Shown: positions 1 through 8,599 of the stretch, piece by piece
Layout of the letters: each line of letters starts with the position of its first letter
Position numbering within the stretch: the first letter of the stretch is position 1
DNA from: an uncultured Actinomycetes bacterium
Lineage (GTDB): Bacteria; Actinomycetota; UBA4738; HRBIN12
Length of the DNA: 64,000 bases
Direction of reading: 5' to 3'
NCBI GenBank assembly: GCA_963704885.1
Contig: CAVPIB010000007.1
Span: 160,001-224,000, forward strand
Made by a program: the position numbers and the translations under genes
Notes under the pieces: model-generated
The model's database searches: none
Told to the model about the DNA's origin: nothing
Seen by the model: the letters and a program-made list of their open reading frames with translations, nothing else

Positions 1-1599
1 TTCCAGATGCTTCGGATCGAACCCCAGCACCCGGTCGGCCGACGGGCTCGCGTAACCCACCGTCGTGTCTAGCTCGATCACCGTCACGACGTCGGACGAG
101 TTCTTCACGAGCGACGCGAACCGCGCCTCGCTCTGCTTGGTCAGCAGGTCCTGGGTGAGCGCAGCGCTTTCGAGCGCCAGAGCGACCTGTGAGGACAGCG
201 CCCGGAGGCTGTCGATCACCGAGGCCGGCATCTGCGTAGGCGTTGCCACCACGATCATGCCTTGGAACTGGTCGCGCATGAACAGAGGTCCAGTGAGCAC
301 AGCACCCTCGGCTTCGGTGGACAGTGCCAGAGGTTCCCTCAGCATGCTCTCGGAGGAATGGACGATGTAGGCGTCGCGCTCGAGCAGCCGCTGTCGCTTC
401 CACTCCTGCAGGATCGACAGCGAGAACCGCATGCCCAACACGTCGCCGGCCCCGCCGGCGGCGGCCACGACGACGAGCTCGTCGGCATCATCATCGGCTT
501 CCTCGCAGAGGCGCACCGCGGCGTCTTGTCCCGCGAGCGTCCGTGCGGCCTGGATCGCCGCCTCGTGGATCGCGGCTCGGTTCGTGGCGGTCACGAGCGC
601 AAGACCAGCCTCGCGCAACGCCCGTTCGCGCGCGGCCGACTGCTCCTGGGTCCTCACGAGTCCCGCCATCCGTGCGATCACCAGCAGGAACAAGACGATG
701 GAGGCGGCGACGACCACGAGCTCGTCCGTCCGTGCCAAGCTCGCCTGGGGCGAATCGCCGAACCGCGAGAGCAGCACAGCCCCCGTGATCGGCGCGATCA
801 GCGACACGATCGCCAGAACCGCGAGCCTCACGCCGGAAAGTGGACGCCGTACCTCGGTCTGTCGCTGCGAGAACAACCGTGCCTCCGGATGAAGGGCAGC
901 CGCGCCGATCAAGAGATAGAACGCCGCCCACCCACCCTCTAGGTAGCCCGTCTGGTTGTCGTATCCGCCGTGTAGGCCTGCCCAGCCGTACGCGGCGTCC
1001 GTTACGAAGAGCGTGATCACAGCGGTGAGCAGCAGGTAGAAGGCGGCGTTCTTCCGCCCACCGCCCACGACCAATCTGATGGCGCCGGTGATCAGCATCA
1101 GGTCGACGACCGGGTAGCCGATCGCCACCAGTTTCTGCAGCGATGTCAGCGAGGAGTCATGGGTGTACGGCGCGATCAGGAATACCCAGGACAGGACACC
1201 AACCCCGACCGCGACGATCATGGAGTCGATCGCGCTATCGCGGTCTCGTCCTGGGGTTCGCCTTCGGATCAGTAGGAACAGTCCACCTAGGACGCAGGGG
1301 TAGACCGCTAGATACAGCACGTCGCCGATCGACGGGAAGGGCAACTCCTTCATGAAGAGCCGGTCGTAGTTGTACGTGATCACGTCGCCGGCCACGAAGA
1401 ACACCTGTCCGAGCGCGATCAGCATCCACGGCAACCTGTACTCCAACCGGTTGGTCCGAAGCGCCACCAGGATCACGACCGGCGACGACAGCGCGATGAG
1501 GTTCAGCACGACGCCGATCCGGAGTCCGGGAACGAACAGGAACATCAGCGTCGCGGCGACCCCCGCGGCGACGTACACGAGCCACGCCCGGCCTCTCAT
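1..1599 (-). CDS. Multi-TM membrane sensor with GAF-like and PAS domains; 3' part runs off the window, output domain not visible
   Basis: Absent from the ORF track because there is no stop in the window. ATG at 1599 reads MRGRAWLVYVAAGVAA..., with TM segments paralogous to 3111-5258 (FPSIGDVLYL, AIGYPVVDL), and ends in PAS-like SEARFASLVKNSSDVVTVIELDTTVGYASPSADRVLGF. Confidence 0.85.
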   Translation of the reverse strand, partial: MRGRAWLVYVAAGVAATLMFLFVPGLRIGVVLNLIALSSPVVILVALRTNRLEYRLPWMLIALGQVFFVAGDVITYNYDRLFMKELPFPSIGDVLYLAVYPCVLGGLFLLIRRRTPGRDRDSAIDSMIVAVGVGVLSWVFLIAPYTHDSSLTSLQKLVAIGYPVVDLMLITGAIRLVVGGGRKNAAFYLLLTAVITLFVTDAAYGWAGLHGGYDNQTGYLEGGWAAFYLLIGAAALHPEARLFSQRQTEVRRPLSGVRLAVLAIVSLIAPITGAVLLSRFGDSPQASLARTDELVVVAASIVLFLLVIARMAGLVRTQEQSAARERALREAGLALVTATNRAAIHEAAIQAARTLAGQDAAVRLCEEADDDADELVVVAAAGGAGDVLGMRFSLSILQEWKRQRLLERDAYIVHSSESMLREPLALSTEAEGAVLTGPLFMRDQFQGMIVVATPTQMPASVIDSLRALSSQVALALESAALTQDLLTKQSEARFASLVKNSSDVVTVIELDTTVGYASPSADRVLGFDPKHLE

Positions 1600-1606
1600 G
1601 GACCTT

Positions 1607-1634
1607 GTATCGACATGGAGCGGGAGGAGCCTTA
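1607..1634 (-). promoter_or_regulatory. sigma28/WhiG-like promoter TAAGG-N15-GTCGATAC
   Basis: Lies just upstream of ATG 1599; the same spaced motif precedes the three neighbouring genes. Confidence 0.5.
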
Positions 1635-1645
1635 GACCGTACGGC

Positions 1646-2998
1646 TCATCTGGTGATGTCGGCCGGATGGGGGATGGCGAATGCCTCGGTTCCGGCGGAT
1701 CCCTCTTCGTCCCCGGCTTCTTCGCCGGTCCGCTCGACATCGCGCATCCCGGGGAGGAACAGGAAGGAGAACGTGACGACGGCTCCCAGAACTCCTGCGC
1801 CGATCAGGGTGGCACGGGTGCCGATCAGCGCGGCCACTGGGGCCGTGAGCGCGAACGACAGTGGAAGCAACCCGATGGAGACGAACCAGTCGAGGCTGGA
1901 GACCCTGCCGAGCAGGTGACGGGGAACCAGCCGCTGCTTCGTGGTCGCCCACACGATCGTTCCGGCCGTCTCCAGTGCGTTGAACACGAAGCAGGCGAGC
2001 ATCGCCTCCCACGGCAGGTGGGCCAAGCCGTATCCGGCCACGGCGAGCGTCGAACCTGTCCAGGCCAGGTACATGAACGTCATGAACCGGCGAGGTGTGC
2101 CCTTCTGCCCCAGGAAGAGCGCCGCTCCGACCGCACCGACGCCGCCCATGGCCAGGATCGCCCCGAGGTAGAGGGGGCTGCCGCCCAGTTCGTTCTTCAC
2201 CAGGAGCGGCAAGAGCACCTCCTGAGGTCCGATGAAGAGCAGATATGAGAAAGCCGCGGCGACCAGCGTTCCCCACAACCACACACGCTGACGGACGAAC
2301 CGGAACCCCTCTCGTACGTCGGCGAACGCGGACATGCTGGTCGGGCTCTGCGGGCGTTCCAGCGGATGCGGGTGCATCGCCAGGATCGCGCCGATCGACA
2401 CGGCGAACGTGGCGGCGTCGACCAGGAAGGCACCACCCACGCTCCATGACGCCAGCCAGCCGCCGATGAGCGGACCCACCATGCGCCACGCCGCTGGCCG
2501 AACGAACTGCTCCACGGAGTTCGCCTGCGTGAGCAGGTCCGTAGCCACCAGATCGGGAACGATCGCGTCGAACGCAGGACCGAAGAAGGCCGTTCCGCCT
2601 CCGTAGAAGGCCGCCAGGACCATGATGTGCCAGACCTCGATCTGCTGGGTCAGGGATAGTAGGCCCATCGCCGCTACGGCGAGACCTCTGACGACGTCCG
2701 CCCCTATCAGCACGCGTCTTCGATCGAACCGGTCGCTAACCACTCCGCCTATCAGCAGGAACAAGACGTTGGGAACCGTCATGGACAACCCGACGAGTGA
2801 GAACGCCGTGGCGGCGTCCGACAGCTCGTAGACCTGCCAGGCCAGGGTGATCAGGAAGATCCCGTCTCCGATGAGGGACACGGTCATGCCGGACCAGAGC
2901 AGCCGGAAATCCCGCTGCCGGAGCGGTTCGAGGATGATGGGGATCCGCCGGCGTGACGGGTCCCCGCTCCCCCTTGGCTCGGGTGTCGTTGACCCCAT
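1646..2998 (-). CDS. MFS transporter (MFS_3/EntS-like exporter)
   Basis: About 12 hydrophobic segments, motif A GGVVSDRFDRRRVL, N-terminal PLRQRDFRLLWSG. Confidence 0.9.
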   Translation of the reverse strand: MGSTTPEPRGSGDPSRRRIPIILEPLRQRDFRLLWSGMTVSLIGDGIFLITLAWQVYELSDAATAFSLVGLSMTVPNVLFLLIGGVVSDRFDRRRVLIGADVVRGLAVAAMGLLSLTQQIEVWHIMVLAAFYGGGTAFFGPAFDAIVPDLVATDLLTQANSVEQFVRPAAWRMVGPLIGGWLASWSVGGAFLVDAATFAVSIGAILAMHPHPLERPQSPTSMSAFADVREGFRFVRQRVWLWGTLVAAAFSYLLFIGPQEVLLPLLVKNELGGSPLYLGAILAMGGVGAVGAALFLGQKGTPRRFMTFMYLAWTGSTLAVAGYGLAHLPWEAMLACFVFNALETAGTIVWATTKQRLVPRHLLGRVSSLDWFVSIGLLPLSFALTAPVAALIGTRATLIGAGVLGAVVTFSFLFLPGMRDVERTGEEAGDEEGSAGTEAFAIPHPADITR

Positions 2999-3008
2999 CG
3001 CTTCTTCC

Positions 3009-3035
3009 GTATCGGCCGTTCGGCGAGGCTCTTGA
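3009..3035 (-). promoter_or_regulatory. sigma28-like promoter TCAAG-N14-GCCGATAC
   Basis: Close match to the FliA/WhiG -10 GCCGATA, 10 nt upstream of the MFS ATG. Confidence 0.55.
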
Positions 3036-3110
3036 CCCGGAGCGGTGTCGGCGTCTAAAGGCGGCGTGCCGCAGGAGTCGGTTCGTAGCCGTGCGTCGGA
3101 TCCGTGTGCT

Positions 3111-5258
3111 TCAGGCCGATAGGGAGGCTTCGCCCGACTGAGCGACCAGCGACCCGGTCCCTTCGTCGTCGAGCTTTTCGGGCGTTCCGAATGGCAGGTA
3201 GACGCGGAAGGAGGCTCCGCCTCCGTCGCGATCCTCCACCCAAGCTCGCCCGCCGTGCAGCTCCGCGAACCGGGTCACGAGCGAGAGGCCGATCCCCACA
3301 CCCGGGTTGTGAGAGATGATCTCGTCGCCCTGACGGAACGGCTCGAAGATGGAGTCGCGCAGCTCCATCGGGACCCCGTGACCCGCATCCTCTACGACGA
3401 GGAGGACGCTCTCGCCGTCGGTGGTTGCCTTGACCCATATCGGGGTGCCGTTCGGCGTGTAGCGGATGGCGTTCGCTACCAGGTTCTCCACTATGCGCTC
3501 CACCTGTGCGGCATCGACGCGTCCGGGGACGGGCTCGGTGGTCGTGAGCTCGATCGGGTGCGTATCCGTTGTGCTCTCCTGTACGACCCGAGTGAGGATG
3601 TCCAGCACGTCCACGTCATCCCTGTTAGGGGCGACGATGCCGCGCGACATGCGGTCCAGGTCGAGCAGGTTGGTCAGCAGGCGGTGGAGCTTGCGGGAGT
3701 TGGCGGCGATCCGTCCGATGAGGTCATGCTCGTCCTCCCGGGACAGGGATTCCTGCGTCAGGCTCCCCTCCAGCGTGAGCGCGCAGCCGAGGATGCTCGT
3801 CAGAGGCGTCCGAAGGTCGTGGGAGACCGCCTGGAGGAAGGAGTTCTGCATCTCCTGCAAGATCCGCAGTCCCGCGGCGGCTTCCTTCTCCGCGTCGAGG
3901 GCTTTGATCAGCTGTGTTTCGGCGAGCTTCTGCTCGGTCACGTCGTACATCACGCCCTGCAGGTTCACCGGGTGTCCGTCATCGCCCTCCAGAGCCTCTG
4001 CTTCCTCGTGGATCCAGACGACGCTGCCATCCTTGCCGACGATCCGGTACTCGCACTGCATGCGACTCTCGCCGCTCAGCAGTCGGAGCTCGGCGTCAAG
4101 CGCCCGTTCACGATCCTCCGGGAGGATGCGCTCGCGCCATAGTTCGGCCTGCCCCATCCACTCCTCGGGGGTGAACCCCAGGATCGATTCGATCTTCGGG
4201 CTTAGGTAGCGCCAAGCGCCGTCCTTACCGAACTCCGCGATGTAGACGACCGCCGGGAGCCCCTCGACCAAGGAGCGGTACTTGGCCTCGGCCTCTCGTA
4301 ACTGTCTCTCCGCCCTTCGGTACGCGCCGATATCCACCATCAGACCGTTCAAGCGAACCAGAACCAGGATGAATAAGAGCGCCGAGCACGTAGCCAGAAC
4401 AGGCCTGTCGACCGGTTCCCCGCGGGCCGCCTGAAGGATCTGGACGGCAGGGGCCATCAGTGAGGCTCCGGCCAGGATCACCAACCTGCGGCGCGGGTGC
4501 CGCAGGTCGGCCTCCGCCGTCGGCTCGTCCAGGTAGACCATGGAGCCGTGCAGGGCGGCGGCACCCCACAGCAGGTAGAAGAACCCCCAACCCAGCTCGA
4601 GCAGGCCGGTGGTGTTGTCGTAGGTCCCGTGCAGGAGGATGTACGTGTAGATCGAGTCCGTCGTGAACAAGACGGCGATCGAGCCGATCAGCAGGTAGAA
4701 GGCCGGAGTACGCCGACCGCGGTCGACCGCCAGTCGAACGGCCACGCCGAACAGGATCAGATCCATGATCGGATACGCCATCGCCGTGAGCTTCTCGACG
4801 AGGGTTAGCGACGGGTCGTGTGCGTAAGGCGCGAGCAGGAATACCCATGAGAGCGTGCCGACGCCAACCGCGATGATCAGCGAGTCGATCAGACTTGCGC
4901 GGTCGCGTCCCGGGCTGCGCTGGCGGACCAGCATCAGCACGCCCGCGATGAGGAACGGGTAGACGCTCAGGTACAGCACGTCGCCGATCGACGGGAACGG
5001 AGGCTCGGTCCCGAAGAACCGCTCGTAGTTGTAGGTGATCACGTCGCCGGCGACGAACAGGGCCTGACCGATGGCGACCAGGTACCAAGGGAGCCGCTGG
5101 CGAGGGGTGTGCATCCGAACTGCGATGAGGATCGCGATCGGCGCCGAGAGCCCGATGACGTTGAAGATCGGACCCACGCGGATGGGATGGACGAACACGA
5201 ACGCGGTCAACACCGCGCCGCCGATCGAGAGGTAGAGAGCCCACGCTCGAGCTTTCAT
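3111..5258 (-). CDS. Membrane-bound PAS sensor histidine kinase
   Basis: Multi-TM N-terminus, PAS/PAC, H-box SHDLRTPLTSI, N-box NLVANAIRY, G boxes DAGHGV and GVGIGL. Confidence 0.93.
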   Translation of the reverse strand: MKARAWALYLSIGGAVLTAFVFVHPIRVGPIFNVIGLSAPIAILIAVRMHTPRQRLPWYLVAIGQALFVAGDVITYNYERFFGTEPPFPSIGDVLYLSVYPFLIAGVLMLVRQRSPGRDRASLIDSLIIAVGVGTLSWVFLLAPYAHDPSLTLVEKLTAMAYPIMDLILFGVAVRLAVDRGRRTPAFYLLIGSIAVLFTTDSIYTYILLHGTYDNTTGLLELGWGFFYLLWGAAALHGSMVYLDEPTAEADLRHPRRRLVILAGASLMAPAVQILQAARGEPVDRPVLATCSALLFILVLVRLNGLMVDIGAYRRAERQLREAEAKYRSLVEGLPAVVYIAEFGKDGAWRYLSPKIESILGFTPEEWMGQAELWRERILPEDRERALDAELRLLSGESRMQCEYRIVGKDGSVVWIHEEAEALEGDDGHPVNLQGVMYDVTEQKLAETQLIKALDAEKEAAAGLRILQEMQNSFLQAVSHDLRTPLTSILGCALTLEGSLTQESLSREDEHDLIGRIAANSRKLHRLLTNLLDLDRMSRGIVAPNRDDVDVLDILTRVVQESTTDTHPIELTTTEPVPGRVDAAQVERIVENLVANAIRYTPNGTPIWVKATTDGESVLLVVEDAGHGVPMELRDSIFEPFRQGDEIISHNPGVGIGLSLVTRFAELHGGRAWVEDRDGGGASFRVYLPFGTPEKLDDEGTGSLVAQSGEASLSA

Positions 5259-5268
5259 CGCATCCTTC

Positions 5269-5296
5269 GTATCGGGAGGCTTCGAGGGAGACCTTA
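5269..5296 (-). promoter_or_regulatory. sigma28/WhiG-like promoter TAAGG-N15-CCCGATAC
   Basis: Lies 10 nt upstream of the kinase ATG, same architecture as the neighbours. Confidence 0.5.
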
Positions 5297-6667
5297 GGCA
5301 GTGGAGACTGATGTGCCGGCTGTCTGCTTGAGTTGGAATCGATCCCGGAGCGACCCGAGGACCGCGATGAGCTGATCGATCTCCTCATCCGTGTTGGCGG
5401 CGGTGATCTGTATCCGGAAGCCAACCTCGTCCTTGGGCACCAACGGGTACGCGGCCATCGTGGCGTAGACCCCTTCGTCGAACAGGTATCGGCCGACGTC
5501 GTCTATCTCGTGGTGGTCTGTGAGCGACACCTCGATGATGGGGAACCCGCTCACGTTCGGGGTGCGGATACCCAGCCGGTCGAGAGCATCCAGCGTGCGG
5601 TGCGTCCGCTGCCACATGGCGAACCGGGCCTGGTCTCCGCGTGCGCGGTTGATCTCCAGTCCGGCGATCGTCGTGGCGAGGGATGCTACCGGCGAGGGAC
5701 CGGAGTACAGGTAGGGCGGAGCGAGCACCTTGAGGGCGTCCTTCAGCCTGGTCGGCAGCGCCAGGAACGCCAGCAGGGACGAGTAGGATTTCGAGAACCC
5801 GGCGACCAGGATCACGTTCTCGTAGCCCACGCCCTGGTGGCGGAAGAGGCTGTTCCCCTTCGTACCGTAATCACAGAGCTCGTCCGGCGAGCGTTCGCCG
5901 ATGACACCGAACCCGTGCGCGTCGTCCAGGTAGAGAAGAGCATCGTGCTCGATCGCGATGCGGGACAAGGCGGCGACGTCGGGCGCGTTGCCCGTCATGG
6001 AGTTCACGCCGTCCATCGCTATCACGCGTGGCAGCCCCGGATCGCTGGCTACGAGCAGTTCCTCCAGATGCGCGGCGTCGTTGTGCCGGAATCGCACGAC
6101 CCGCGCGCCGTGGCCGGCCGCCACCATGGCTCCGTCGTAGATCGTCTTGTGCGCCCTCCCATCGAGGAACAAGGTGCCGTCTCCAACCAAGACGGGGATC
6201 ACGGACATGTGGATGTGCGTGATCGTGGGGAGAAGCAGCACGTCCTCGCAGGCGAGGAGCTCGGTCATCTCCTCCTCGATCTCCTGATACAGGCGAGGAC
6301 TGCCGAGAAGTCGCGACCAACTGGGGTGGGTGCCCCACGCCGCCAGGTACTCGGGCACGGCGCTCATGATCTCAGGATCCAGGTCGAAGCCCAGGTAGTT
6401 GCAGGAGGCGAAGTCGGTGAGCCAGTGATCGCCGATCCGGATCCGCCGGCCGATCTGCTCGTCGATCACGGCGTCCACCATCGGGTGCTCGTGCTTCAGC
6501 CGAGTGAGGTCGGCGGTGGTCGCGACCCAGCGGTCCAGCCAGCCGTCGCTCTTCCTGCGTCGAGGCTTGCCGTTCGGAGAGGGCTCCACGGCGAGGTCGG
6601 TCGCCCTGCGCCGCGTCGCGGGAACGGCCCGCGGCTGGGCCCCGTGGTCGGTCGATGGGAGTTCCAT
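5294..6667 (-). CDS. PLP-dependent alpha-oxoamine synthase family enzyme (BioF/Kbl/SPT/CqsA-like)
   Basis: FASCNYLG, SRLLG, FRHND, DGVNSMTG, DDAHGFGVIG, FSKS (PLP lysine), FRIQITAANT. ATG 6667 preferred over GTG 6733. Confidence 0.88.
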   Translation of the reverse strand: MELPSTDHGAQPRAVPATRRRATDLAVEPSPNGKPRRRKSDGWLDRWVATTADLTRLKHEHPMVDAVIDEQIGRRIRIGDHWLTDFASCNYLGFDLDPEIMSAVPEYLAAWGTHPSWSRLLGSPRLYQEIEEEMTELLACEDVLLLPTITHIHMSVIPVLVGDGTLFLDGRAHKTIYDGAMVAAGHGARVVRFRHNDAAHLEELLVASDPGLPRVIAMDGVNSMTGNAPDVAALSRIAIEHDALLYLDDAHGFGVIGERSPDELCDYGTKGNSLFRHQGVGYENVILVAGFSKSYSSLLAFLALPTRLKDALKVLAPPYLYSGPSPVASLATTIAGLEINRARGDQARFAMWQRTHRTLDALDRLGIRTPNVSGFPIIEVSLTDHHEIDDVGRYLFDEGVYATMAAYPLVPKDEVGFRIQITAANTDEEIDQLIAVLGSLRDRFQLKQTAGTSVSTA

Positions 6668-6678
6668 GGAGTACCCAC

Positions 6679-6704
6679 ATCGGCTCGTCTCGACCTCGAC
6701 TTTA
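6679..6704 (-). promoter_or_regulatory. sigma28/WhiG-like promoter TAAA-N16-GCCGAT
   Basis: TAAAG tcgaggtcgagacga GCCGAT on the minus strand, 11 nt before ATG 6667. Confidence 0.6.
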
Positions 6705-6779
6705 CGGGTTGCGCGGGGTGATGCCGGAACCACCCGTTCGAGGGGCCCGATAGAGTGAAGCCTCTGCCGTCCAGGAGGT

Positions 6780-8150
6780 TTGCGCGTGCGAACTATCGAC
6801 CGATCCAGGCTCCACGACCTGATGCAGCGTGAACGTCAGACGTTCCGCGAGCGACACCCCAGGAGTGGTGAGCTCTCGGATGAAGCCAAGGGTTCCTTAC
6901 TCTTCGGCGTTCCGATGACCTGGATGACCCGGTGGCCTGGAGACTGGCCGGTGTTCGTCGATCGAGCCGAGGGGGCTGGCTTCACCGACGTAGACGGCAA
7001 CCGATTCGTGGACTTCTGTCTGGGGGATACTGGTGGCATGGCCGGCCACGCCCCGAAGGTGGCGGTCGATGCCATCGCCGAGCAGGTGGCGAAGGGCATC
7101 ACCCTGATGCTTCCGACCCAAGACGCTGCTTGGGTCGGTCGAGAGATGGGGCGACGCTTCGGCGTTCCCTATTGGCAGTTCACGCTCACGGCAACCGACG
7201 CCAACCGATTCGTGCTCCGGTGGGCGCGCGAGCTCACAGGGCGCTCGAAGATCGTGGTCCATAACTGGAACTACCATGGCTCGGTCGACGAGACGTTCGC
7301 GACGCTGGACCCCGACGGGCGGGTGCGGGCTCGTGCGGGACTGGTAGGGGCGCCGGTTCCCCTGGACCTGACCACGCGCGTCGTGGAGTTCAACGACCTG
7401 GAGGGGCTCGAGGCGGTGCTCGCGCAAGGCGACGTGGCGTGTGCGCTGTTCGAGCCGGCGCTCACCAACATCGGCATCGTGCTCCCCGAACCCGGGTACC
7501 ACGACGGTGTCAGGGAGCTCTGCTCCCGGTACGGCACGCTCCTGGTGATCGATGAGACCCATACGATCTGCGCCGGTCCGGGGGGATGTACGCGCGCCTG
7601 GGGCCTTCACCCGGACATAGTCACGATCGGCAAGACGTTGGGGGCGGGGATCCCGAGCGCGGCCTACGGCGTGAGTGAGGAGGTCTCGCGGCGGATCGTG
7701 GGATGCACCGATCTGCCGCATATCGACGTGAACGGCACCGGGGGGACGCTCGCCGGCAACGCCCTCTCGCTCGCGGCTATGCGCGCGACGCTCGGTGGCG
7801 TGCTCACCGACCAGGCGTTCGACCGCATGATCTCGCTCGGCGAGCGGTTCGAGCTGGGCGTCGCCCAGGTGATCTCCTCACGGGAGCTGCCGTGGCACGT
7901 TACGCGACTGGGCTGCAGGGTCGAATACCTGTTCCGCCCAGACGCCGCCAGCGACGGAGCTGCCGCCGCGGCCGGGCAGGACGAGGAGCTGGACCCTTTC
8001 ATCCACCTGTACATGTTGAACCGCGGCATCCTTATGACGCCGTTCCACAACATGGCGTTGATGTCGCCTGCCACCACGGAAGAGGATGTCGATCGCCACA
8101 CCGAGGTCTACGCAGAGGCCGCCGACGAGCTGATCGGAGGGCATCGATGA
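6780..8150 (+). CDS. Class III aminotransferase (HemL/GSA-mutase-like)
   Basis: DVDGNRFVDFCLG, YHG, LVIDETHT, PDIVTIGK, GGTLAGN; GGAGG RBS upstream (start may be GTG 6786). Confidence 0.9.
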   Translation: MRVRTIDRSRLHDLMQRERQTFRERHPRSGELSDEAKGSLLFGVPMTWMTRWPGDWPVFVDRAEGAGFTDVDGNRFVDFCLGDTGGMAGHAPKVAVDAIAEQVAKGITLMLPTQDAAWVGREMGRRFGVPYWQFTLTATDANRFVLRWARELTGRSKIVVHNWNYHGSVDETFATLDPDGRVRARAGLVGAPVPLDLTTRVVEFNDLEGLEAVLAQGDVACALFEPALTNIGIVLPEPGYHDGVRELCSRYGTLLVIDETHTICAGPGGCTRAWGLHPDIVTIGKTLGAGIPSAAYGVSEEVSRRIVGCTDLPHIDVNGTGGTLAGNALSLAAMRATLGGVLTDQAFDRMISLGERFELGVAQVISSRELPWHVTRLGCRVEYLFRPDAASDGAAAAAGQDEELDPFIHLYMLNRGILMTPFHNMALMSPATTEEDVDRHTEVYAEAADELIGGHR

Positions 8151-8515
8151 GGAACGCGAGGATGGTGTTCGTATTGATGGACACCGTCGACCCGGAGCAG
8201 ATCTCTTCGTTCTGGAGCGACCTGTTGGGCGTGGGGGTCGCCGCGACGGTGAGCGCCGGAGACTTCGTGGTGCTGGAGCCAGGCGGCGAAGGGATACCCG
8301 CGCTCGCGTTCCAGAAGGTCCCGGAGGCCAAGGTCGTCAAGAACCGCATGCACCTCGACCTGATGGTCGACGATCTGGAGGCGGCCACCCAGCAGATCAC
8401 GGAGCTGGGCGGCGTCTGGCTGGACGGCGAGACCCGCGAGGTCGAGGGCTACCGCTGGCGCTGCATGGCAGATCCCCAGGGGAACGAGTTCGATATCGTC
8501 CCGGCCGATAACTAG
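8147..8515 (+). CDS. VOC/glyoxalase family protein
   Basis: LAFQKVPEAKVVKNRMHLDL and MADPQGNEF; ATGA overlap with the upstream stop. Confidence 0.88.
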   Translation: MRNARMVFVLMDTVDPEQISSFWSDLLGVGVAATVSAGDFVVLEPGGEGIPALAFQKVPEAKVVKNRMHLDLMVDDLEAATQQITELGGVWLDGETREVEGYRWRCMADPQGNEFDIVPADN

Positions 8516-8599
8516 TCTGGGGCAGACTAGTTGCGGGTACAGCGAGGGCGCCTATGAAGCGCCCGGGGTATCGTGGCGCCCGCATCCGGAGGGCTAGAC

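Noticed and set aside
5294-6667. Calling the PLP enzyme bioF
   Set aside because: No bioA, bioB or bioD nearby, and motifs alone cannot separate BioF from other alpha-oxoamine synthases, so no symbol was given.
5333-6721. Long antisense or alternative-frame ORFs (also 11840-13222, 33437-34687, 50233-51996, 61384-62847)
   Set aside because: Shadow ORFs typical of high-GC DNA; they overlap motif-bearing genes and have no recognisable domains.
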